Source: Botryllus schlosseri
Taxonomy: Eukaryota
DNA length: 64,000 nt
Assembly (NCBI GenBank): GCA_051294905.1
Contig: CM119386.1
Span: forward strand, 2,046,001 to 2,110,000
Reading direction: 5' to 3'
Below, piece by piece: positions 27,902 to 38,474 of the stretch (position 1 is its first letter; each line of letters begins with the position of its first letter). Under the pieces are notes generated by a model, which did not search any database, was not told where the DNA came from, and saw only the letters and a program-made list of their open reading frames with translations. The translations under genes were made by a program, and so were the position numbers.

Positions 27902-28250
27902 GCGGGGGACATAGCGTAGTGGTGACGATAAGCGCCTACCAATCTGGGGACCCGTCGGAGGGTTATCTGGGCCCCTCTTCCCCGCTGTCACCGTTATTAC
28001 GGCGAAAAAAAGCCTCGACGAAAGAAGTCACTCACAAGGAATGCGCAAGAACTAGTAGAATGCATCACGACTTCAAAAAAAAAAGATCAACATCAAAGAG
28101 AACTGTGACATCGGGCACTCTAGGCCGAGGTGGATGTGAAATTAAAAGGATCACAACCGCGTGTCGTTCGACATACTCCTATCTGCTCATTACATGGCAT
28201 TGTGTCTTATCGCATTGTACATTGTGTGTGGTTGTTCAGTTGAAAAATAT
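27902..28250 (+). mobile_element. SINE-related element within the left arm (mirrored at ~35900-36245 in the right arm)
   Basis: GGGGGACATAGCGTAGTGG head; body ACTGTGACATCGG...CATTACATGGCATTGTG aligns with the 25057 copy. Confidence 0.7.
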
Positions 28251-28479
28251 AAGTCAATGATTATATATATAGCCGCATATAACGTCGGAAATTCCCTAAT
28301 GCACGAATTCAGATTTGTCGGACTTGATGTCGTTTTTAACATATCACAGTCAAAGAAAGAAGAACTTCTTACCTTGCTATGAATAGAAATGTACTTAAAT
28401 ATCACTAACAAAGTCATATTAATCTTTGGAAACCCTTCCGTAGATGAGAAATATCAAGATATATGTAGCTGCAAATTAT

Positions 28480-30384
28480 ATCTGAAATTGCGGAGTAGCC
28501 TACCCGAATCCAGATGTGGAAGGTGGAACTTTTCACCCTTATATGAATAGAATGGGTCCCTAATAAAATTTAAAAATCACTTTCAAACTTCGGAACCATC
28601 TTGGAGATCAGAACCATCGAAATATATCCAGGCGCAAGTTATGTCGGAAATTGCGCCTAATATACGCGAACTGACATGTGATGTCGTTTTTCACCTATAA
28701 TAGCATTGGTAGGAAGAACTTTTCACCCATATATGAATAGAAGGGGTCCCAAAGAACATTTAAAAATCAGTTTCATCCTTCGGAACCTGTGTGGAGACGA
28801 GAACCATCGAAATATATCCAAGCGTAATTTATGTAGGTAATTGCCTAATACGGGAATTCAGATGTGCCACACGCGATGGCGATTTTCACCTTTAATAGAA
28901 CAGGAAGGAAGAATTTTTTCCCCATATATGAATAGAAGGGGTCCCGAAGAACATTTAAAAATCAGTTTCATCCTTCGGAACCTGTGTGGAGACGAGAACC
29001 ATCGTAATATATCCAAGCGTAAATTATGTAGGTAATTGCCTAATACGGGAATTCAGATGTGCCACACGCGATGGCGATGTTCACCTTTAATAGAACTGGT
29101 AGGAAGAACTTATCACCCTATTATGAATAGAACGGGTCCCAAAGAACATTTAAAAAGCAGTTTCATCCTTCGGAACCTGCGTGGAGACGAGAACCACCGA
29201 AATATATCCAAGCGTAAATTATGTAGGAAATTGCCTAATACGGGAATTCAGATGTGCCACACGCGATGGCGATTTTCACCTTTAATAGAACTGGAAGGAA
29301 GAACTTTATCCCCATATATGAATAGAAGGGGTCCCGAAAAACATTTAAAAATCAGTTTCATCCTTCGGAACCTGCGTGGAGACAAGAACCATCGAAATAT
29401 ATCCAAGCGTAAATTATGTAGGTAATTGCCTAATACGGGAATTCAGATGTGCCACACGCGATGGCGATTTTCACCTTTAATAGAACTGGAAGGAAGAACT
29501 TTTTCCCCATATATGAATAGAAGGGGTCCCGAAGAACATTTATAAAGCAGTTTCATCCTTCGGAACCTGCGTGGAGACGAGAACCATCGAAATATATCCA
29601 AGCGTAAATTATGTAGGTATAATTGCCTAATACGGGAATTCAGATGTGCCACACGCGATGGCGATTTTCACCTTTAATAGAACTGGAAGGAAGAACTTTT
29701 TCCCCATATATGAATAGAAGGGGTCCCGAAGAACATTTAAAAAGCAGTTTCATCCTTCGGAACCTGCGTGGAGACGAGATCCATCGAAATATATCCAAGC
29801 GTAAATTATGTAGGTAATTGCTTGATACGGGAATTCAGATGTGCCACACGCGATGGCGATTTTCACCTTTAATAGAACTGGAAGGAAGAACTTTTTCCCC
29901 ATATATGAATAGAAGGGGTCCCGAAGAACATTTAAGAAGCAGTTTCATCCTTCGGAACCTGCGTGGAGACGAGATCCATCGAAATATATCCAAGCGTAAA
30001 TTATGTAGGTAATTGCCTGATACGGGAATTCAGATGTGCCACACGCGATGGCGATTTTCACCTTTAATAGAACTGGAAGGAAGAACTTTTTCCCCATATA
30101 TGAATAGAAGGGGTCCCGAAGAACATTTAAAAATCAGTTTCATCCTTCGGAACCTACGTGGAGACGAAAACCATCGAAATATATCCAAGCGTAAATTATG
30201 TAGGTATAATTGCCTAATACGGGAATTCAGATGTGCCACACGCAATGGCGATTTTCACCTTTAATAGAACTGGAAGGAAGAACTTTTTCCCCATATATGA
30301 ATAGAAGGGGTCCTGAAGAACATTTATAAATCAGTTTCATCCTTCGGAACCTACGTGGAGACGAAAACCATCGAAATATATCCA
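28480..30384 (+). repeat. 195-bp tandem array in the left arm (about 7 full units plus partial and degenerate outer units)
   Basis: Unit GTAATTGCCTAATACGGGAATTCAGATGTGCCACACGCG...AAATTATGTAG recurs with a period of about 195 bp. The ORF track shows the same 64-aa peptide at 28841, 29036, 29623, 29818 and 30013. Confidence 0.97.
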
Positions 30385-30400
30385 GGAGACGATTGTTGGG

Positions 30401-30949
30401 TTGGGCTGCTTTGGAGAGGATGTTTTTAATACTAACGAAGATGAAGTTGCAATATCCGGAACTTGGACCATCGAATTTAATGATTGGGCGAAATTGACAA
30501 AGAACAGATTGAAAAACAGATTTAATAAAAAATCGTATTATTACATTCCAATTTTCAAAAAAGTGACACAATATTATGACCGTTGCGTACCCGTGGTGAA
30601 GAATCAATACTTGAAAAATCAAATGCTGAACCCCCCTGAAAATTACAACGAAGGATACGTTCTCTTTCGCTGTGCTCACCACACATGCTGTAATTGCACT
30701 GCGGAAGGCAAAATCTTGTTTGTGCGCCAAGGAACTGGAATAAAATGTAACCTGGAACTTGCTGGACGCCGAAAACATATAGGGTGCAAACGATCGAGAC
30801 CGATGAGAGGGCCGGACAGTGAAGGTCTTGGCAAAGATTTGAGCTGCAAAAAACCTTCCAAGCTGCATAGAGAGCTCCGGGTTGCCCAAACCGAAAGGGA
30901 ACGGATTTCGGGAGCTCATACATACGCTCCGTCATTGGACGTTTTATAA
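30401..30949 (+). pseudogene. N-terminal part of the transposase, separated from the main ORF by an apparent 1-nt frameshift; no ATG visible
   Basis: Open frame ...FRCAHHTCCNC...KPSKLHRELR...PSLDVL* followed 5 nt later by in-frame IKSKFGVPCGW of the downstream ORF. Adding one base at 30947-30951 fuses the two ORFs. Confidence 0.7.
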
Positions 30950-30969
30950 AAATAAAATCTAAGTTTGGT

Positions 30970-33900
30970 GTGCCTTGTGGCTGGACTTCCGATGTCTTCC
31001 GAAACATTGAGTTGTTGAGGAAGATGTACGAGGAAGATGGAACACAATTCATTAGAGGCTGGCAAGGCTGTCCTTTAAGCGTCACATTATTCTCAACCTT
31101 TCAATTGGAATTATTCAAAGATTTGTGCCAGAAAGATATTTTGTATTTTGATGCCACTGGGACAATTATTCGGTCGGATGGAGGAAAAGCTTTTCAAATA
31201 TATTCGATTTTGGTCCGAAGCCCTTACAAAGATCTGCCAGGGATACCGGTAGCAAGCTACGTTACAACGTGCCATACGACTGAGAGTATAAAACATTTCC
31301 TCGGGTGTTTTAGAGATGCATGCTCGACGAAGTTGGTACCGAGATTGGTAATACTTGATGGCGCAGTCGCCCTATGGAACGCTTTTCTCTCCGTCTTTTG
31401 CAGTGAGACCAGACTCCAATATTATCATCGTGTGTACCGGATAGTAACGGGTGAAGCGTCGGGTAATGACTTGTGTTTAACCCTAATTGTCAACTGCCTG
31501 AGCCACTGCATGAAGGCCGCGTCCACTATGTGCAAAAGATATTACATTAAGAAGTACTACCGCGATGCTATGCATTGGATGGCAATGATATTTCTAGCCT
31601 TAACTATTCACGAAATGGATGCCATTATTAACCACTTATTTGTTGTGCTTTTACTGCGACAAAATTCCCCCCGGGTTGAAAAAAGTTTCCGAGCGCTACA
31701 ATCTCATATGACTAAAAATGAAAGCCTTAAAAATTTACCGGATCAGTTTTATGAGTATCAAAAGGACGATGACGTATTCGCGAATTTTATTATACACGAC
31801 AAGAGTCAAGAATACAAATCCCCGTTTTATCTGAGGTACAAAAACAAACTTGAATTATTTAAAAAATCTATAACTTATCAAGAAGGAAATGACCCCGGAC
31901 TATGGCCAACAACCAACAAATATTTTTCAGAGTCATTTTTTACCAAAATTGAAAACGTAATATTCCCAAGACTTGGTGCTACATCTGGACTTTTACTCGG
32001 CAATCTTGATCGACACGCCACAGGAACTGATTGCCCAAATGCTGTTTATCAAAGATTCGGCAGGGAATTTGAAAAAATTCGCTCTGCAAGTATGAAAAAT
32101 AATTTGCAATCAATTTGTGATTGTAACCGCACACAGGGTATTATAGAGCAGCATTTTTATGAACTGAAAAACATATATTTGGACAATACAAGATGTAGCA
32201 AAATTGACAAATTCATTTTGAAATACCACAAAGAAATCGTCACGTCATCTAAAATATTCGCGGATAGTTTATTACATCGCGGTTTCAAAAGAAGAAGGAA
32301 AACAAAACTGTCGAAGGAAACACAACAATTGGTGAAGTCGACTTTCAAAAAAAGGAAAAGAAGGCAGACTGGCTGCTTTACCTCCGGAGAACTATCAAAA
32401 ACATTGAAATTCGACAACGAGCCTTGTAGAAAGATCGGCAAAGGAAAAAATGAAGTAAGTTCGTCGTGGTATTTTAGTTAACTTTTGTACAATATACTTT
32501 ATAACCCTAGGAACTAGAATTACTTTGGACGAAAGGAAATGAAGTTGAAATGGTAGCTGCATATATTTCCTCAACTACGCTCTTCACGGGAGATTTGGGA
32601 ACCTTGCGTCCAGACAAATGGTTGAGCGGTGAAGTAAGTCGTATTAATGTAATTGACTATTGAATGTACCTAGAACTAAGAGCAGTTATTACTTCAGTTC
32701 GAACTCGTATGGTGATTATTTACAACGCAGGTCATTGATTACTATCTGCATATGCTGGCTGACTCGAAAACATATGTGCTGGATTGCAATGTAGCGACTC
32801 ATATCATTTTCAGCTCGGATGAAGAGCTAATCCGAAGGCAATCATTGCGAAAGGTACACAATACACACACATCCCTATTATTTAAATAAATAAATCTATG
32901 ACGATGATTATCAGTACGCCAATATACAATGATATCGTTGTGATCTTGTACGCACGATAACGATGCTATCGAAATGCACGGAGCATTGTACACTGAAAGC
33001 ACTTTGCAATCATCTACATATATTAATAGGTGAAATTCGATCACTACGAAAAGATCATTGCTGCAGTGAATAAGTTCCAACACTGGATGCTGCTGGTTGG
33101 TCACGAATTTCGAATTGCATATGATCGTTCGGCAATTCCAATAAAGCGCATTTATGTATGTACAGGTAATTAATATATCAGATGCCGAAATTTCATTACT
33201 AAATCCACTCGGAAGTACGAAAAAAAGCACCGTAGCTGCGGCAGAGAAATTCAAGTAAGATTATTTTACTTAGTCATGCCTATCATATCAATTGTACATA
33301 AGAGTACCACATTCATTTTTAGGAGGTATCTGCAAATCAGGAGCGAATCGGTCGATTGCCAATCCATGACGTCCAAGCAATGGAGTATCAGAATGTACGA
33401 TCATTCCATTCAGCAAGATGGTTACAACTGTGGCGTGTATGTCTTGAAGGTAAAAAAGTTGAGATTTCATTTTACGAAGTGCCCGTCATAGATCAGATTT
33501 TCAAAAGTTTGCAGAACAAGTTTTGGGAAGCACAGCTTTATCATTGGCAAGTATTCCGAATGAAGAGACTGACCTTCGGAGATTTCGGCACGAAATCGCA
33601 AGGCAAATATTAGACGAATCAGGTAAGGACATCTATATCGAATTAGATAGATGGAAACAGTAGTTCTATATCGATCAACATCATACGTAGTTAATTGGTT
33701 TCTTCGATTGTTACAGGGTCATATTTTCTTGTTTTGTTTTGCGAGTAATATATCTATGCTAACGAATCTTATGCATTCCACATTAAGATCCGATCGCCGA
33801 TATCTGCAGCTTTTGTGCTGACGCATCAACGCTTGATTCATCCTGGGTATGAGTCTTCCATTATTTACTCCAATTATGACCATATTAATTAAAAACATAT

Positions 33901-34062
33901 CATCAATATATCTGAAATATACCTCTGCGATACAATGACCATTTCTATATACCATAAAATGTTTGACAGGAGATGTGCCAAGGATGCAACCGGAAATATC
34001 ACGCGACATGCGCAAGGGACACAGTTAATGGGAATATATTCTGTCCTATTTGTCAGCCATGA
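30970..34062 (+). CDS. MULE-type DDE transposase fused to Ulp1/C48 cysteine protease and PHD finger (spliced)
   Basis: Exon ending at 32454 holds YFDATG, VILDGAVAL, CLSH and TQGIIEQHF (D, D, CxxH, E). Further phase-consistent exons: 32511-32633 (GDLGTLRPDKWLSGE), 32731-32853 (VIDYYL), 33030-33095 (HWMLL), 33166-33254 (LLNPLG), 33323-33449 (QQDGYNCGVYVLK), 33508-33622, 33788-33846 (ICSFC...W), 33970-34062 (EMCQGCNRKYHATC...FCPICQP*). Confidence 0.85.
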
Positions 34063-34196
34063 GTGACGACTGGAAATCTCATGAGGATTTTAAAAATAAT
34101 TCATGTTTCTTTTGCTACAATGTAAATATTAAATTCGTTGCATCTTTAACTGGTGACTTATACCTGCTGTATCGATATGTATGATGATTGCTGAGA

Positions 34197-34684
34197 ATTA
34201 TTATTATTATTATATTCTTTATTCACAGTAAAACTGGTAGATACACACATAATCCGGGGAGCAACCTGCCCCCAAAGGAAAATGGCGAGATTGGAGTAAA
34301 TTTTTAAAATTTCAGTTATACATTCAAATTGTTATTCCTATGCAATACACGGAGAAGTCAGATTACAGAATTGCAGCAGATGAAGAATTGGCAAGGGTTA
34401 CAGAGCAGAGGTAGAGATGATTGAAGATGAAGAATCGAAATTACAGAAATTATGCTGTGATTCACAAGTGTGATTTTAGTCCAGTGGTGCATTCAAGGCC
34501 TTCCGAAGAATGTGCACATTGCCCAATAATGTGATTTTCTGGATCATGTCGAATCGAACGTTACCCGGAATTTGTTGGATATGCCTCATGAGTTTTTTGC
34601 TCACGACCCCTGTAGCACCAATGACTATCGGTACAATGTTTATTTTGCATCGCCACATTTTCTCACATTCCATTTTGAGGTCTG
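34197..34684 (-). mobile_element. 3' fragment of an RLE-type (R2/R4-like) non-LTR retrotransposon
   Basis: Minus-strand frame DLKMECEKMWRCKINIVPIVIGATGVVSK...IQKITLLGNVHILRKAL* (stop at 34476), the typical C-terminal VPIVIGALG / LLGTAxILRKVL pattern of this group; (TAA)n tail at 34197-34213. Confidence 0.7.
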
Positions 34685-35650
34685 CGCGTGTGGCACATCT
34701 GAATTCCCGTATTAGGCAATTACCTACATAATTTACGCTTGGATATATTTCGATGGATCTCGTCTCCACGCAGGTTCCGAAGGATGAAACTGCTTCTTAA
34801 ATGTTCTTCGGGACCCCTTCTATTCATATATGGGGAAAAAGTTCTTCCTTCCAGTTCTATTAAAGGTGAAAATCGCCATCGCGTGTGGCACATCTGAATT
34901 CCCGTATTAGGCAATTACCTACATAATTTACGCTTGGATATATTTCGATGGTTCTTGTCTCCACGCAGGTTCCGAAGGATGAAACTGATTTTTAAATGTT
35001 CTTCGGGACCCCTTCTATTCATATATGGGGAAAAAATTCTTCCTTCCTGTTCTATTAAAGGTGAAAATCGCCATCGCGTGTGGCACATCTGAATTCCCGT
35101 ATTAGGCAATTACCTACATAATTTACGCTTGGATATATTACGATGGTTCTCGTCTCCACACAGGTTCCGAAGGATGAAACTGATTTTTAAATGTTCTTCG
35201 GGACCCCTTCTATTCATATATGGGGAAAAAATTCTTCCTTCCTGTTCTATTAAAGGTGAAAATCGCCATCGCGTGTGGCACATCTGAATTCCCGTATTAG
35301 GCAATTACCTACATAAATTACGCTTGGATATATTTCGATGGTTCTCGTCTCCACACAGGTTCCGAAGGATGAAACTGATTTTTAAATGTTCTTTGGGACC
35401 CCTTCTATTCATACATTGGTGAAAAGTTCTTCCTACCAATGCTATTATAGGTGAAAAACGACATCACATGTCAGTTCGCGTATATTAGGCGCAATTTCCG
35501 ACATAACTTGCGCCTGGATATATTTCGATGGTTCTGATCTCCAAGATGGTTCCGAAGTTTGAAAGTGATTTTTAAATTTTATTAGGGACCCATTCTATTC
35601 ATATAAGGGTGAAAAGTTCCACCTTCCACATCTGGATTCGGGTAGGCTAC
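34685..35650 (-). repeat. 195-bp tandem array in the right arm (3 full units plus partial and degenerate units), inverted relative to the left array
   Basis: Reverse-complement units at 34720-34914, 34915-35109 and 35110-35304. Confidence 0.97.
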
Positions 35651-36319
35651 TCCGCAATTTCAGATATAATTTGCAGCTACATATATCTTGATATTTCTCA
35701 TCTACGGAAAGGTTTCCAAAGATTAATATGACTTTGTTAGTGATATTTAAGTACATTTCTATTCATAGCAAGGTAAGAAGTTCTTCTTTCTTTGACTGTG
35801 ATATGTTAAAAACGACATCAAGTCCGACAAATCTGAATTCGTGCATTAGGGAATTTCCGACGTTATATGCGGCTATATATATAATCATTGACTTATATTT
35901 TTCAACTGAACAACCACACACAATGTACAATGCGATAAGACACAATGCCATGTAATGAGCAGATAGGAGTATGTCGAACGACACGCGGTTGTGATCCTTT
36001 TAATTTCACATCCACCTCGGCCTAGAGTGCCCGATGTCACAGTTCTCTTTGATGTTGATCTTTTTTTTTTTTGAAGTCGTGATGCATTCTACTAGTTCTT
36101 GCGCATTCCTTGTGAGTGACTTCTTTCGTCGAGGCTTTTTTTCGCCGTAATAACGGTGACAGCGGGGAAGAGGGGCCCAGATAACCCTCCGACGGGTCCC
36201 CAGATTGGTAGGCGCTTATCGTCACCACTACGCTATGTCCCCCGCGATATATTTCGATGGTTCTCAGCTCCAAGCATCTTCCGAAGTTTGAAACGGCTTT
36301 TAATATGTTGTTTAGGATA

Positions 36320-37281
36320 GGGGAGATGTGGTACCGATGGATCACTGGGACCGAAAATACTTTGAAAATTCTCTATGATAATTCCATGATTGCACTCCGT
36401 GAACTTGTCTACAATTGCATGCTGGCAAAATCTTTCCTCACATACAAAAAAATTCGACGTGAGCGAGCTATGGGGTCTCTCACAGATGATTTTTGTTTTG
36501 GGGGGTGTAAACTAAATTTAGATCGACATATACATTTTTCTTTGTAACCTTCAACACGAACAAACCAGCAATCATTTTTATTGTGAAGTGTAGGGCTTGT
36601 ATCAGGCTATATAATGACACCTATTATTTTTTTCAGTACTTTCCTTGAGTGGACTTTTTTTCGATTCATGTATAAAATTCGTAGGGTGGGGACCGATGAT
36701 ACAATAGCCAAATCAAGCAAAATAATCAAGCATACTAATCATGAAACAAATGAAACATGCCTAGGTACAGAAAATCTTTATCTAATAATTGCATATGATG
36801 TTTTATCGCTATAACGAGGTATTTGGAAGTCACGCTGTCGATTTCCGGGCAATATGTATGTACCCACAAATTTATAAGTTCGAGCCTAAATCGAAACGTG
36901 ATTTTATGACAACATTTGAGTTAATATTTATTCTATTTTTTGACAGTTGCGACCAAACATTCTTCTTTGGCTTGCTGCAGCTTAGATTATAATACTGAGC
37001 AAGAAAAGTAGTCACATTTGAGTTTTTTAGGGTATATGTGTCATAGGTCCCCGGGTCGTGTGTCATTGGACCCACCGGGTGGGGACCGATGACACGTTCG
37101 AGCAACAAATTTTGAACGTCCATAAATATTTTTTGAAAAGACGGATATTCATGTATATGTGCGCGATAGGTAGAGCTTGTATCAAAGTGCTGAGCCAGCA
37201 AAAGATCTGCTGTTTTCGGCTGAACATTTCGTGGCCAGCGATCATTTTCCAATTTTTGATCCATCGGTACCACATCTCCCC
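36320..37281. mobile_element. Non-autonomous MITE (~960 bp) with TA target duplication, inserted in the right arm of the large transposon
   Basis: 24-bp TIR GGGAGATGTGGTACCGATGGATCA and its complement. Flanked by TA at 36318-36319 and 37282-37283. The left arm shows the empty site (reverse complement GGATACCTAG). Confidence 0.88.
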
Positions 37282-37481
37282 TACCTAGTATTCGTCAAAG
37301 GATACAAAGCCATTCAACTCTGGCTATAATGTATTAAACACGACATAAATGCAGGTTAAAATTATCTGGCAACCGCTTTTCATAATATTCGAAAATTTTC
37401 CAATCTGAAATATATAATGCTCCCATCGTAATAATCAGTGTTTCCCATATGGCGTACTTTTTCTAATAGAATCACGGTGGT

Positions 37482-38474
37482 GTTTGAATGCAGATAAGAC
37501 CGAGATGCTCGTTTTAAATAATGCCAGTCATAATTTCACTGTGAACATCAATCATAAACAAATCTCAATATGTGACTCAGCAAAATATCTCGGCGTCACC
37601 ATTGATTCCAAATTGTCTTGGAAGCAGCATATTGAATGCACAATATCAAAACTAGCTCGGTGTGTGGGAATAATGACCCGTCTCCAATCTTTGGTTTCCA
37701 GATCAGTACTACGAACCATCTACTTCTCTCTTTTCCACTCGCATCTGCAATATGGAATCGTAGTATGGGGAAATGCATGTACAACATTTTTGTGCAGAAT
37801 TCGAACCCTGCAAAACCGTGCGATACGGCTGATCTCATCTGTACCTTTACGTACCAATTTATCGCCTTACTACCGTAAGCATCGAATTTTGCGAGTTGAT
37901 GAACTATATCGCTTCGAAGTATCAAAAGTTGTTCACAAATATTTTTCCAATAGTCTCCCTCCTGTGTTTGATGACTTTTTCATACCTGCTAAACATGTCC
38001 ATTCCCATTACACGAGATCTTCGTCTAAAGGAAACGTCTACTTACCCCAACCCAATAGCAACCTAACTAAGAGATCTATCGACTACTCGGGACCTATCAT
38101 CTGGAATGCATTACCATCGCATATCCGTGAATTGCCTTATAATAGATTCAAAAAAGCCCTACTTGATCACCTCTTGTCGTTACACTAACACTGTTGCCCT
38201 ACCTCGTCCAGACATTGCTTCATTGATCATTTGCTACCATTGTTTAATTTTTTTCTATTTTCCTTTCGTAACTAAACATTTTTTTACAGCCAGACTGTTC
38301 TGAGTCAAGTGTACCTGTTTGATGCTGGTGTGATCAGACTAGATGACCTTCACGGTCTTATCGATCATTCCTATCTAATACCGAATACTGTGCACGCATA
38401 TTTTCTGTACCACCATCACTGCCGTTTGTTATGTATTTTGGTTCGATGAAAATAAAGACTCTCTCTCTCTCTCT
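37482..38474 (+). mobile_element. Second half of the same LINE: RT C-terminus, 3' UTR and (TC)n tail
   Basis: LNADKTEM...KYLGVTIDSKLSWKQHI...YGIVVWG...GPIIWNALP to the stop at 38188; AATAAA at ~38451 followed by a (TC)n run at ~38458-38475. Confidence 0.9.

Larger units (their letters stand above)
27630..37481 (+). mobile_element. Foldback-like Mutator-superfamily DNA transposon (NOF/Rehavkus-like), 9852 bp
   Basis: Termini ACCACCGTGATTCTATTAGAAAAAGTACGCC (from 27630) and its exact reverse complement ending at 37481. Perfect 8-bp duplication GTTTGAAT at 27622-27629 and 37482-37489. Left arm 27630-30384 and right arm 34685-37481 are near-identical inverted copies. Transposase gene in the core. 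Confidence 0.93.

Noticed and set aside
28841-30264. Repeated 64-aa ORFs (MPNTGIQMCHTRWRF...) and the array as a possible CRISPR or repeat-protein gene
   Set aside because: Starts are non-ATG (TTG), each unit ends in a stop, and there are no unique spacers. It is a 195-bp tandem repeat whose length happens to be a multiple of three.
30227-31085. Long minus-strand ORFs of 230 aa and 176 aa
   Set aside because: Antisense shadows of the transposase and the repeat array; no independent motifs.
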